This document shows, piece after piece, positions 34,527 through 44,684 of a stretch of 64,000 nucleotides of DNA (its first letter is position 1; each line of letters opens with the position of its first letter). The stretch is from Candidatus Latescibacterota bacterium. GTDB lineage: Bacteria; Latescibacterota; UBA2968; UBA8231. The stretch lies in NCBI GenBank assembly GCA_965204725.1, contig OZ242005.1:3008001-3072000 (forward strand), read 5' to 3'. Below the pieces are notes generated by a model. It was not told the origin of the DNA and searched no databases. It saw only the letters and a list, made by a program, of their open reading frames with translations. A program made the position numbers and the translations under genes.

Positions 34527-35522
34527 TCAGCTAATGCCTTGCTCTAAATGGTAGATTTTGAGCTTGAGTGAGGCCGAGCGAGATTTCCAATTTTCTAGCA
34601 GGGCGGCCGCTTGCTGCCCTGCTTGACCGTCGAGTCTCCCACTGAACCCAACTAATAGCGGCGCTAGACGGGCGACCTTGTCTTCAGACGCCCCGGAGGT
34701 GAGTCGCTCAAAGTGGCCGATTAGGTCGGCGTCCAACGGCGTGTCGGCTCGCTGGGCGATCCCGCGCAGGAAGCGGGCGTGGGTCCGGGCAAAGGCCGCG
34801 TCCTCGCCGCACTTGCTGAGCAGGTGGCGCAGCAGTTTGGCCGCTGGCGCCGCTTGGAGGACTTCAGTGGCTATCCGCGCCGCCTGTTGCCAGACGCTGG
34901 AGGTCGCAGCCATGGTTTGGGGTTGCCCCGCCTCCACGAAGAGGGAAAAGAGCGGGATCTGCGGCAAGTGCGCCAAGACCGCGCGCAAGAGGCTCTCGTT
35001 GGGGCCGCACTTGAGGAGGCAGTCGATTGTATAGGGTATCATAGAGGGATGGGTGCGGCGAATTTTGTCGAGGAGTACGGCCGCGACGTCGGCTGGGAGG
35101 CCCGCGGCCAGTGCTGCGGTGATCGGCGCGAGGGTTTGGCGGCTGATTGGCACGCCCTGCGCCGCCTCGCGGACGACCGCCCGCTCCTTGCTGGTTAGGA
35201 ATTGGGCCACTTCATCGCACTGACGCAACGCTTGCACCAAGGCCGCAGCGAGGCGAGGGTCGGGCTCTTGGTGCGCCAGTCGCACGATCCGGCGCAGCAT
35301 GCGGAGCGAAGCCAGCCAAGAGCGGTCATGGCTCAAGGCGTCGATGGCCGCCAGCCGTCGGCTGTCGCCCGAGTCCTCGGCGATGGTCAAGAGCTGGTCC
35401 AAATCGTCCGTGCTGAGCGCCAGCCGGTGCGGTTGAGCCGGTTCGCCTTGGAGCAATTGGTCCAGCGATGTTTCGGCGACCGGCGTCGCTTCTTCGCGCC
35501 AGTCGCGGATGTCCAAAACCAT
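34527..35522 (-). CDS. Hypothetical all-helical (HEAT-like) protein
   Basis: Long Leu/Ala-rich ORF filling the gap; no recognisable motif. Confidence 0.6.
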   Translation of the reverse strand: MVLDIRDWREEATPVAETSLDQLLQGEPAQPHRLALSTDDLDQLLTIAEDSGDSRRLAAIDALSHDRSWLASLRMLRRIVRLAHQEPDPRLAAALVQALRQCDEVAQFLTSKERAVVREAAQGVPISRQTLAPITAALAAGLPADVAAVLLDKIRRTHPSMIPYTIDCLLKCGPNESLLRAVLAHLPQIPLFSLFVEAGQPQTMAATSSVWQQAARIATEVLQAAPAAKLLRHLLSKCGEDAAFARTHARFLRGIAQRADTPLDADLIGHFERLTSGASEDKVARLAPLLVGFSGRLDGQAGQQAAALLENWKSRSASLKLKIYHLEQGIS

Positions 35523-35715
35523 GTTTTTGACCCCTTTGCTGTGCCAAAAATGCGCGGCTGGCACAGCTAGCCATTAGCAGAAACAGAAACTGCTCTGCTC
35601 TAATGCGAGAGACGAAAAAGTAAGGGGAAGGGGTTGAAAATTTACCGCGGGCTTCTCAAACGTATAACCCGCCCCGCGATAAAGCAAGCGAAAATATTGC
35701 CCGCTCTTTGCAGCA

Positions 35716-36165
35716 TTATGGGGACGCGCCGGTGATCGCTAGGCTGAAAGGATCGGATTCGTCCGCCAAGCGCACGTGTAAGACCCAATCGCCGTCAATC
35801 GCGACCTCGATTTCGCGCCGCACCCGAATTCCGTCTGTCGTGCGCGGCACGAGTACCAAGTCGAATTCCACTGCTAGACCGGCTGGCAGCACCCCGTCCG
35901 AAACCTCTGTGCGCTGGCCGGCCGGTACGCGGGTGCGCACGATCCGCGGCGCGTCCGCATCGGTCTCGTTGAGGTACGCTACTTCGAGATCGTAGGCTGT
36001 GTGGTTAGCGACCGAGACGGTCCCGTCCCGACCAGTGGGTTCGGGGGAGACCGGTGCCGGCGGGGCGGTAGGGCCTGTGCCGCCGCAGCCGCTGAGCAGC
36101 CAAGCGGCTAGCAAGAGCGCGGCTTTTACTGCGCCGCGACGCGGATCAATGCTTGGGCGATCCAT
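35716..36165 (-). CDS. Putative lipoprotein (start uncertain)
   Basis: LLLAAWLLSG-C lipobox followed by a beta-rich domain. Confidence 0.55.
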   Translation of the reverse strand: MDRPSIDPRRGAVKAALLLAAWLLSGCGGTGPTAPPAPVSPEPTGRDGTVSVANHTAYDLEVAYLNETDADAPRIVRTRVPAGQRTEVSDGVLPAGLAVEFDLVLVPRTTDGIRVRREIEVAIDGDWVLHVRLADESDPFSLAITGASP

Positions 36166-37508
36166 TCCACCTCGTCGTCCTGCACGGTGCGCATGTCGAG
36201 CAGGAGCTGGTCGCGGGCGATGCGACCAATTACCCCCTGCCGCCTGAGCTGCCGCCCTAGCCGCTCGACCCGGGCCGCGTCCGGCTGGAGGGCCACGGCC
36301 CGGCTGGGGATCTCGGCTAGGGGCAGCGAGCCGCTGCCGGCTTGGGCCAGCGATTCGACCACTTTGAGGCGGAGCGCATGGCAGGCCGCCTCGGGCAGGA
36401 GGGACCGGAGCTTCTGAGCACGCGCCTCCAAGGTCTCAACGGACGCCCGCAGCATCGCCAGCACGGGCAGGGCATGCGTTAGCTCGTCCGGCGGCCGGCG
36501 ATAAAGCGACAACACAGCTTCGAGCGCGGCGTAGATCAGCTTGTCGCAGCGCAGGGCGCGCATCAGCGGATTTTGGCGCACTTGCTCCAGATAGGGACGC
36601 TGGCCGGCGATGATACCTGCTTGCGGCCCGCCCAGCACCTTGTCGCCGCTAAAGCTGACTACGGCCGCCCCGGCCTCGAGACTCGCGGCGACTACCGGCT
36701 CGGGCGGTAGCCCCCACTGCTCCAGATCGACCACAGCACCGCTCCCTAAGTCGTGAACCAGCGGCACTCCCGCACACCGGCTCAGGGCGGCCAAGTCCTT
36801 TAGGCGTACTTCGGCCGTAAAGCCTTGGACCCTGTAGTTGCTCGGATGCACCACTAAAATGGCCCCGGTTTCTGAGCCGATGGCGCGCTCGTAGTCGCGC
36901 AAATGCGTACGATTCGTCGTGCCGACCTCGCGCAGTTTGGCGCCGCTGGCCGCGATGACGTCGGGCAGGCGGAACGAGCCGCCGATCTCGACCTGTTGCC
37001 CCCGCGAAACCACCACTTCCCGTCCCCGCGCCAAGGTGTCGAGCAGCAGGAGCACGGCGGCCGCGTTGTTGTTGACTACAGCGGCTGCTTCCGCGGCGGT
37101 CGCCGAGCATATAAGGGCCTCGACGTGCTGGCCGCGGTCGCCGCGTTGGCCCGCCTCCAACTCGAATTCGAGGTTGCAATAGCCAGTGGCTACTCGGGCG
37201 ATGGCCTCTTGGGCCGTTTGGGGCAGGGGCGCCCGGCCCAAGCCGGTGTGCAGCACCACGCCGGTGGCATTGACGACGCGATGCAGCCGGGGCGCGGCTT
37301 CCCGCTCAATGCAGCGGCGCACGGCCCGCTCAACCCGCAAGCCCAAGGCCGCCCGCTCCTCGGCCACAGTGCCTTCCCGCACTTGGCAACGCACATCCGC
37401 AATGCAGCGGCGCACCTGCTCGACGACATAGGTGCGGTCGTATTCTCGCAACAGGTCGGCGACCTGTTTGAGGATCTGATCTACCGAGGGCAGCCTAGCT
37501 TCATTCAT
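36126..37508 (-). CDS. selA: L-seryl-tRNA(Sec) selenium transferase
   Basis: VVNATGVVLHTGLGRA, VNNNAAAV, EIGGSFR, EVGTTNRTH, FSGDKVLGGPQAG. Confidence 0.96.
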   Translation of the reverse strand: MNEARLPSVDQILKQVADLLREYDRTYVVEQVRRCIADVRCQVREGTVAEERAALGLRVERAVRRCIEREAAPRLHRVVNATGVVLHTGLGRAPLPQTAQEAIARVATGYCNLEFELEAGQRGDRGQHVEALICSATAAEAAAVVNNNAAAVLLLLDTLARGREVVVSRGQQVEIGGSFRLPDVIAASGAKLREVGTTNRTHLRDYERAIGSETGAILVVHPSNYRVQGFTAEVRLKDLAALSRCAGVPLVHDLGSGAVVDLEQWGLPPEPVVAASLEAGAAVVSFSGDKVLGGPQAGIIAGQRPYLEQVRQNPLMRALRCDKLIYAALEAVLSLYRRPPDELTHALPVLAMLRASVETLEARAQKLRSLLPEAACHALRLKVVESLAQAGSGSLPLAEIPSRAVALQPDAARVERLGRQLRRQGVIGRIARDQLLLDMRTVQDDEVEWIAQALIRVAAQ

Positions 37509-37626
37509 GGGGGCGAAGTATAGGTTGCCCCTTTGTCGCCAGCAAGTAGCCTTTGCGCTATAACCTCAATAGCCTTATACTTGCAAAACCCCTCCCCCTG
37601 TTGTCCAATTCCGAATATCTACGTCT

Positions 37627-39633
37627 ATGTCGCGCCCGGTCTATATCCTGGTGGCGCTGCTTTTGTGTGCTTTTGCAATTGACGCCGCCGAGCGCAAGAG
37701 TCCCAGCGTCCATCTGGTCAAACGAGGGGATACGCTCTCTGAGATTGCCGCGCGCTACCGAGTCTCGCGGGAGCAAATCAAGCACTGGAACAAGCTCTCC
37801 AGCAGCAAGATATACGCTGGTCAGCGCCTCAAAGTTGGGCCGCCAGCGCGAAGCGGCGATTGGTATCGCGTTCGGCGCGGTGACACGCTCTTGAAAATCG
37901 CTCGACAGTTCGCCGTCCCGGTCCATGCGCTCAAGGCAATCAACCGCCTCGATGGGGACGTCATCCACGTGGGCCAAAAGCTCCGCTTGCAAGCGGCCGC
38001 CCCTGTTCGGAGTGCCCCGGCTGACGACCAAGACGAAGAGCCGCGCGAATACACGGTTCGCGCCGGCGACACGCTGTCGAAAATCGCCCTGCGATTTGAC
38101 GTCGGCTTGGGTTTTCTACGCCAGCTCAACCAACTCAAAAGCGACCTCATTCGGCCCGGGCAAAAGCTGCGCCTGCGCGCTTCGCGGTTAGAAGAGGCTG
38201 TCCACGTGGTGCAAGAGGGCGAAACCCTGACCGAGATCGCCCGACGCTACCGAGTTTCGGTTAGCCAGTTGCAGCACCTCAATGCCTTGGTCGGCGACCG
38301 GATTCTCATCGGGCAGAAGCTCCGCCTCAAAGACGCGGAGAGCACGGTACACATCGTGGAGCGGGGGGACGCGCTGTGGGAAATTGCCCGTGCGTACGGC
38401 GTCAGCGTCTATCGCCTCAAAATTCTCAACGGCCTTCGGTCAAACCGCATCTACCCAGGGCAAAAACTCAAGCTCTACCCAGACGGGAAGCTCGAGCCGA
38501 GTGCCGCGCCCACGAGCGGGCCGCGGCTGGCCACATACGTGGTTCAACGGGGCGATTACCTCGCGCAGATCGCCCGCCTGCACCAGATGAGCGTGGCTGA
38601 AATCACCCGCATCAACAAACTCAAGAGGAACGCCGTCATCCATCCGGGCGACCAGCTCAAGGTGCGCCCTATGCGCTGGGTGGAATTGTCTGAGATTGAT
38701 TGGGACGACCTGCAGATCCGCCGCGCAGACACGCCGAAAATCGCATCCGGCAACGGCCCGTACTACTTCTCCCGGCCCCGCAATACGCGCCAGCCGAGCA
38801 AGACCTATTACGAGGAGCATCCAAGCTCGCCGCGCCAGACCTATCGCCAAGCCATGCGCTTGTGGCGGGAATTTGAGCGCAAGGTCGGGCGCATGGGGCG
38901 CTTGAGCTCCCGGTTGGAAGGCTGGCACATCGTCCTCGACCCGGGGCACGGAGGGCTCGATCCGGGCGCGGTGGTTTCCACCCGCGACGGCAACGGCAAA
39001 AGGCTCTATGTAGTTGAGGACGAGTACGTCTTCGACATCGCGCTGCGGGTCTATGTCTTGGTGCGCTTGCATGGCGCCCACGCGACCATGACGCTACTCA
39101 GTCCCAACCACCTAATCCGCCAAAACGAGCCGCCGACCCAGACCTTTGTCAACGAAAAGAACGAAGTGTACAACTTGGCTGCTTATAACCAGACCAATAA
39201 GCTCAGTGCTTGGCCGCGCGGCAGCAATCTTTCGACTCGGGTGCGCATTGCCCGTCAGGCTTTTGCCAACGCGCCGCGGGGCCGGCGCATCTTTATCTCC
39301 TTCCACGCCGATGTCGAACCCAAGGCCCCCGAAGCACCGCTGGTTTTATACTACAAAAGCAGCAGAAGTGGAAGGGTAGATCGCGTCTCGCGCCAATTCG
39401 CCCGCTCCCTGCTCCCGGCCTTAGGGGCTGGCGCCCGCGTCCGCGGGCAGGGGCTAGGGGTCTTGCGCAACAACCCCGCGGACGTCAAGGTCCTCATCGA
39501 GCTGCGCAACATGGCGTACCGGGACCACGTCTGGGCCTTGCGCTTTGAGGATCTGCGCCACCGCGATGCCGAAAAAGTGGTACGCGGCCTCCTCGACCAC
39601 GCAGCACGTACCACGCTCCGCGCTGGCTACTAA
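37627..39633 (+). CDS. N-acetylmuramoyl-L-alanine amidase with six LysM domains
   Basis: Signal peptide, six V.xGD.L..IA LysM repeats, IVLDPGHGG, FISFHAD, VLIEL. Confidence 0.9.
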   Translation: MSRPVYILVALLLCAFAIDAAERKSPSVHLVKRGDTLSEIAARYRVSREQIKHWNKLSSSKIYAGQRLKVGPPARSGDWYRVRRGDTLLKIARQFAVPVHALKAINRLDGDVIHVGQKLRLQAAAPVRSAPADDQDEEPREYTVRAGDTLSKIALRFDVGLGFLRQLNQLKSDLIRPGQKLRLRASRLEEAVHVVQEGETLTEIARRYRVSVSQLQHLNALVGDRILIGQKLRLKDAESTVHIVERGDALWEIARAYGVSVYRLKILNGLRSNRIYPGQKLKLYPDGKLEPSAAPTSGPRLATYVVQRGDYLAQIARLHQMSVAEITRINKLKRNAVIHPGDQLKVRPMRWVELSEIDWDDLQIRRADTPKIASGNGPYYFSRPRNTRQPSKTYYEEHPSSPRQTYRQAMRLWREFERKVGRMGRLSSRLEGWHIVLDPGHGGLDPGAVVSTRDGNGKRLYVVEDEYVFDIALRVYVLVRLHGAHATMTLLSPNHLIRQNEPPTQTFVNEKNEVYNLAAYNQTNKLSAWPRGSNLSTRVRIARQAFANAPRGRRIFISFHADVEPKAPEAPLVLYYKSSRSGRVDRVSRQFARSLLPALGAGARVRGQGLGVLRNNPADVKVLIELRNMAYRDHVWALRFEDLRHRDAEKVVRGLLDHAARTTLRAGY

Positions 39634-39637
39634 ACAC

Positions 39638-39674
39638 AAAAAAGCTCCAGAAGTGTTCGTTCTGGAGCTTTTTT
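39638..39674. terminator. Bidirectional intrinsic terminator
   Basis: AAAAAAGCTCCAGAA-N7-TTCTGGAGCTTTTTT between convergent genes. Confidence 0.88.
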
Positions 39675-39695
39675 GTTGGTTTGTGCTGTGTAGTG

Positions 39696-39947
39696 CTAAA
39701 AAGGCCGTTCCTCAATCAGCCGTTTGGCGGCCTTGCGCACGACTTCGGGTTCGAGGCCAGCCAGCTCGCACCAAGGATCGATCCTAGAGCTTTCGACAAA
39801 GGCCATCTCCGGGGTGCCATCTGGGGTTTCCACGACCTCATCCATCTTGGATATTTCGCGTAAAGTACTGAGAATCATAGCATTAGCAAGGCGGCGATAA
39901 GCCATCGCAATGCGTTCCACTTGAGCACTATCCCGATCTGTTCTCAT
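39696..39947 (-). CDS. Small hypothetical protein (83 aa)
   Basis: GGAGG RBS before ATG 39947; ends just before the terminator. Confidence 0.65.
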   Translation of the reverse strand: MRTDRDSAQVERIAMAYRRLANAMILSTLREISKMDEVVETPDGTPEMAFVESSRIDPWCELAGLEPEVVRKAAKRLIEERPF

Positions 39948-40194
39948 AGCACCTCCTGCGGGGTTAAGGGTAGCTGAGATGCGGTAATAAGCAATGAGTT
40001 TAGGGCACTGCACTTCGTCTAAAGGCTTCCTTCCTTTCTAATGACAAAAAAGTAGTGTTTGCCGTCTGACTATCTATGACTATCTATATAGTAAGAAATT
40101 TTCGCGCAAAATTTTGAAAAAAAATAACCTGAGCGAAAAAAAAACCATCGCCCCTAGCGGCGCGGCGGCTATGCTATTCGTAACTCTTTTTTTT

Positions 40195-41220
40195 CTATAC
40201 GGTTAGCGGTTCTTCCCGCCGCACGGAGCGCCCCTCGGCAGCCGCCCGGTAGAGTCGGTAAATCCACTCTAGCGTCTCCAAAGCCTCCCGTCCGAGCGAA
40301 TGAGGAGTGCCAGCACTCGCTAGGCCACGCAAGAAATCGGCCCACTCCAGCTCCCACGAGCGATCCTCGTCCGGGTAGTCAAAGCACTCGCGGTCCGGTG
40401 CGCCGCCTCGAGGGTTGCGTCGCCCCACGATGGCGCGTTCCGGCCCGTAGGACCCCCCTAAACCCTCGGCACAGACATAGCCATCGCGCCCGAAAACCTC
40501 AAAGCTGAAGAGGTTTTTCCACTGGGTCCAACTCGCGTGTAGCGAGGCGATCTGTCCGGTGGCCGTGCGAAAGAGTCCGTAGGCGTTGTCCTCCACGGGC
40601 GAGTCCCAAAAATGGGTCTCGGCATAGCCTGTGACTTCGGCAAAGTCCCCCAAGAGCCACTTGGCCAAGTCGATTAGATGCGCCCCTTGGTCTAAAAGCT
40701 CGCCGCCGCCCGCCTTCTCGGGATGGGTCCGCCACTCGCGGTCGTAGCCGGGCCGCCCGCCGTGGCCATAGCGCGCCCGGATGCTCAGCAGCGGGCCGAT
40801 CTCGCCCGCAGTGCAAACTGTGTGCAGCTTTTGGATGGCCGGGTGATAGCGGTGGTTGTAGCCAACCTTGAGTACGCGCCCGCTCCGCTCGGCCGCTGCC
40901 ACGGCCGGCCGGGCTTCACGCGGGTTGCGCCCTAGCGGCTTTTCGCACAAGACGTGTTTGCCGGCCAAGAGGGCGGCGGTGCTGATGGGGGCCAATGCGT
41001 CGTGCGTCGTCGAAACCACCGCGACGTCAATATCGGCCGCGATGAGCTCTTCCCGCGAGGCGGCCACGGCCGCTCCACAGGCCGCGGCTAGTTCGGCCGC
41101 AGCGGCCGTGCGATCGTCGTAGATTAGGGCCACTGTGGACGCGGGATGAGCGTGGGCCGTGGCCGCCCGCCGCTGCCCCACGCGACCCGCACCGACGATC
41201 CCTACCTTGTACATACTCAT
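40195..41220 (-). CDS. Gfo/Idh/MocA oxidoreductase
   Basis: GIVGAGRVG, HVLCEKP, GGGELLDQGAH. Confidence 0.92.
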   Translation of the reverse strand: MSMYKVGIVGAGRVGQRRAATAHAHPASTVALIYDDRTAAAAELAAACGAAVAASREELIAADIDVAVVSTTHDALAPISTAALLAGKHVLCEKPLGRNPREARPAVAAAERSGRVLKVGYNHRYHPAIQKLHTVCTAGEIGPLLSIRARYGHGGRPGYDREWRTHPEKAGGGELLDQGAHLIDLAKWLLGDFAEVTGYAETHFWDSPVEDNAYGLFRTATGQIASLHASWTQWKNLFSFEVFGRDGYVCAEGLGGSYGPERAIVGRRNPRGGAPDRECFDYPDEDRSWELEWADFLRGLASAGTPHSLGREALETLEWIYRLYRAAAEGRSVRREEPLTV

Positions 41221-42051
41221 TCAGTCCTCCGGTCGTGATACGCGCCGCACCGCAAAGGTCTCCGTGCCCATGATCGCCTCGACATTGAGGGTTTCCCAAG
41301 GGTCCCAAACCGCCGACAGCAACCGCCCCGTCAGCCCGTCTGAGCGCGCCGAGGCCAGATAGACTGCCAGCGCGGCCGCTCGCTCGCCCGTAGCGTCGCC
41401 TTCGCGCAGCAGGTGCTGGTCCCGCTCCCGTTCCTCCGCGCTCACGGCCGCGCCGGCCGCTAGCCGTTGGTCGAGCATCCGCGTGTTGACCGCGCCGGGG
41501 GCCATGGCGTTGACGTCAATGCCGTATTCGGCCACTTCTCCAGCCAAGTTTTCGCTAAAGCGCACGACGCCGGCTTTGGCGGCACTATACGCGCTAAAGA
41601 AGGGCCGCGGCCCCACCGCACCGCCGCCCGAGAGGTTGATGATCTTGCCGTAGCGCTGGGCGATCATGGCTGGCAAGACCTTGCGGGTGCAATAGAAGCA
41701 GCCGCCGAGATTGACCTGCACCACTTGCATCCAAGCGTCTGGATCAACGTCTTCTACTCGTCCTATAGGCCCCTGAATTCCCGCATTGTTGACCAGCACA
41801 TCAACGCCGCCCCAAGCTGCGAGCACTTGCCCAATGGCCGCCTCTACTTCCGCCCGCCGCCCCACATCCGCTCGCAGTTTCAACGCCGGCCGGCCTTGGT
41901 CTGCCAACAGCGCGGCGGTCTCGTCCAGCTCTGCTCCGGTGCGGGCCAAAACCGCTACGTGCGCTCCCTCTCGGGCCAAGGCCAAGGCAATGGCTCGACC
42001 AATGCCGCGTCCCCCGCCAGTCACTAGGCAACGCCGGCCTATCAGTTCCAT
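41221..42051 (-). CDS. SDR-family oxidoreductase
   Basis: TGGGRGIG, LVNNAG, YSAAK. Confidence 0.92.
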   Translation of the reverse strand: MELIGRRCLVTGGGRGIGRAIALALAREGAHVAVLARTGAELDETAALLADQGRPALKLRADVGRRAEVEAAIGQVLAAWGGVDVLVNNAGIQGPIGRVEDVDPDAWMQVVQVNLGGCFYCTRKVLPAMIAQRYGKIINLSGGGAVGPRPFFSAYSAAKAGVVRFSENLAGEVAEYGIDVNAMAPGAVNTRMLDQRLAAGAAVSAEERERDQHLLREGDATGERAAALAVYLASARSDGLTGRLLSAVWDPWETLNVEAIMGTETFAVRRVSRPED

Positions 42052-42180
42052 ATCGCGCTCCTTCGTCGCCCGAGCAAATATGCGATGCGCGCTCGATCTT
42101 GCCAAAGGCCAACAGGCCCGTCGTTGACCTAGTATACCATTTATCCTAAATTGACTTGCATCCATTAGAGAGCCTATTCG

Positions 42181-43629
42181 ATGTCCCTGCCCAGCACTGC
42201 ATCCGACCTCAAAGCACTCTGCCTCCACATCAACGCCCATTGTCCCGCCGGTGGCCTTTTTGAAGGCGACCGCACTCATCTACACCCGGACAGCAATCTA
42301 CCTTGGCGCATTGCCCCAGAGCCTTTCTGGCTCTCGCCGGCGCAACACCGCTACCTAGACCAACTCGGCGGGGTCCTACATCAGTTTTACAGGGCCTGCA
42401 ACCAGCTCTACCACCAGAGCGTCAAGGGCGTTGAGCCGCCTTGGATTCACGAGTACTTAGACTTGGGCAAACCGAGTGCCGTACGCGAAATGGGCCGCTG
42501 GAATCGCATCAAGTCCCAGTTGCCCTTGGTCATCCGTCCAGACCTCCTACTCACCGAGGACGGCTTCAAACTGGTCGAGCTCGACGCCATCCCCGGCGGC
42601 ATGGGATTCACCGCCCAAATCTCGGAGGTCTATGATGACCTCGGCTACGACATTATCGGCGGTGCCCGCGGCCTGATCGACCCATTCTACGAAGCCATGG
42701 CCGCGGCCGCCAAGGTAGCCGAGCCGCATTTCGCCCTCTTCGTCTCGGACGAGTCCGCGGCCTATCGCCGAGAAATGGAATGGCTGGTTGAGTGCTTGCA
42801 GGCGGCCGGCAAACCGGCCCGCAGTGCCCACCCACGCGAGGCTCGCTTTGACGAAAACGGCCTCTTCCTCCAAGGTGCGGACGAGCCGGCCCCGTGGCGC
42901 ATTGACGCAGCCTATCGCTTTTTCGAGTTGTTCGACCTCAAAAATATCCCCAAGGCCGAGCTTTTTGCTTACTTCACCAAGAAAAACGCCCTGTGCTTGA
43001 CGCCGCCGCCAAAGGCATATCTCGAAGAAAAGCTCTGGCTGGCCCTCTACCACCATCCCGCGCTCAAATCCTATTGGCATCGCGCCTTGGGCAAGGAGCC
43101 TTTTGCCGCTTTGGGCAGCCTGATCCCGCGCTCTTGGATTGTAGATGCGCGGCCGCTGCCGCCCCACGCCATCATTCCCGGCCTCGACATTGGCGGCCAA
43201 CCCGTCAACGACTGGCAGCAGCTCAAGCAGCTAACCAAGAAGCAGCGCGAGCTCGTGCTCAAGCCCTCGGGTTTTTCCAACCTAGCCTATGAGAGCAAGG
43301 GCGTGTCCATCGGCCACGACCTATCCGAAGCCGAGTGGGCCGAGCGCGTACAAGAGGCCCTAGATCGCTTTGCCTATCAGCCCTATGTTTTGCAGGAATT
43401 CCACAAGGCCGCCCGCCGCAGGGTGCGCTACTACGACTTTGACCGCGACGAGGTCGTGCCCATGCGGGGCCGAGTGATGCTGCGTCCTTATTACTATGTC
43501 ATTGGCGACGCGCCGCGGCTGTGCGGCATCCAAGCCCTCGTATTCCCGGCCGACAAGAAGATCCTACACGGCATGGTTGACGCTGCGATTATGCCTTGTG
43601 CGGCGTCCGCGGAAAAATCCCCCTTCTAA
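42181..43629 (+). CDS. Circularly permuted ATP-grasp / glutathionylspermidine synthase-like ligase
   Basis: IRPDLLL...KLVELDAIPGGMG, YRFFELFD, LVLKPSG, YVLQEF. Confidence 0.6.
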   Translation: MSLPSTASDLKALCLHINAHCPAGGLFEGDRTHLHPDSNLPWRIAPEPFWLSPAQHRYLDQLGGVLHQFYRACNQLYHQSVKGVEPPWIHEYLDLGKPSAVREMGRWNRIKSQLPLVIRPDLLLTEDGFKLVELDAIPGGMGFTAQISEVYDDLGYDIIGGARGLIDPFYEAMAAAAKVAEPHFALFVSDESAAYRREMEWLVECLQAAGKPARSAHPREARFDENGLFLQGADEPAPWRIDAAYRFFELFDLKNIPKAELFAYFTKKNALCLTPPPKAYLEEKLWLALYHHPALKSYWHRALGKEPFAALGSLIPRSWIVDARPLPPHAIIPGLDIGGQPVNDWQQLKQLTKKQRELVLKPSGFSNLAYESKGVSIGHDLSEAEWAERVQEALDRFAYQPYVLQEFHKAARRRVRYYDFDRDEVVPMRGRVMLRPYYYVIGDAPRLCGIQALVFPADKKILHGMVDAAIMPCAASAEKSPF

Positions 43630-43634
43630 GCACC

Positions 43635-44684
43635 GTGCTTTCCCTAGACGAAAAACTAACCCACCTCGAAGAAATTCTGCGCCCCATGGGCCAAGTGCTG
43701 GTCGGTTATTCGGGCGGGGTCGATAGTGCCACGCTAGCGGTGGCGGCTCAGCGGGTCTTGGGCGAGGGGGCCATCTGCGTCACTGCAGACTCTGAAAGCT
43801 ATGCCACTGGCGAGTTGGAGAAGGCCGCCGAGATCACTCGCGAGTTCGGCATCCGCCACGAGGTGGTCAAGACCCGCGAGCTAGCCAACCCCGACTACGC
43901 AAAAAACGCGCCCAACCGCTGCTACTACTGCAAGCAAGAGCTCTTCACCCACATGGAGCAGCTCGCGCACACCCTCAATATCAACTACATCCTCTACGGC
44001 CAAAACGCCGACGACATCGGCGATTTCCGGCCCGGGGCCGCGGCAGCCCGCGAACGCGGCGTCCACGCGCCCCTAGCCGAAGCGGGCCTGACGAAGGACG
44101 ATGTGCGCACCCTAGCCAAGCGCTGGGGGTTGGCCGTGTGGGACCGCCCGGCCATGGCTTGCCTCTCGTCGCGCTTCCCCTACGGCACGCCGGTCACCGC
44201 CGAGGGCCTGCGCCAAATCGACTGCGCCGAGCGCTATCTGCGCACGGTCTGTGGCTTTGAGCAAGTCCGCGCCCGCCATCACGAGACGCTGTCGCGCATC
44301 GAGTTGCCCGCTGAGGACTTGACGCGCCTATTGAGCAACCCGGATGGGTGCCGGTCTTTGGTGGAACGCTTGCGGGAGATTGGCTACCTGCAAACCACGG
44401 CCGATCTGTGCGGCTTCCGCTCCGGCAGCATGAACGAGGCTCTGCTCACCATCGCTGACTCCGGTGCCGACGAGCCGCTCTTTGCGCGAGTCAATCCGCT
44501 GCTCGCAGCGCATTCGCTCCTGCCGGCCGCGTACGAGCAGCGCGACCTCATGCTCGTCCTGCGCTTGCCGGCAAAAGCCATCGCCCGCCTCGCCTCGCCC
44601 CCGCTGCGGTCGGCCCTAGTGGCTGCGCTCGCAGACTTGGGCTTCCGCTATATTGCCCTCGACTTAGACCCCTTGGACAGATGA
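43635..44684 (+). CDS. larE: LarE-family PP-loop sulfur transferase
   Basis: YSGGVDS PP-loop, RCYYCK, DFRPG, ACLSSRFPYG, GFRSGSMN. Confidence 0.88.
   Translation: MLSLDEKLTHLEEILRPMGQVLVGYSGGVDSATLAVAAQRVLGEGAICVTADSESYATGELEKAAEITREFGIRHEVVKTRELANPDYAKNAPNRCYYCKQELFTHMEQLAHTLNINYILYGQNADDIGDFRPGAAAARERGVHAPLAEAGLTKDDVRTLAKRWGLAVWDRPAMACLSSRFPYGTPVTAEGLRQIDCAERYLRTVCGFEQVRARHHETLSRIELPAEDLTRLLSNPDGCRSLVERLREIGYLQTTADLCGFRSGSMNEALLTIADSGADEPLFARVNPLLAAHSLLPAAYEQRDLMLVLRLPAKAIARLASPPLRSALVAALADLGFRYIALDLDPLDR

Noticed and set aside
36126-37508. Selenoprotein or tRNA-Sec near selA
   Set aside because: No selB or selC, and no in-frame UGA read-through candidate recognised in the window.
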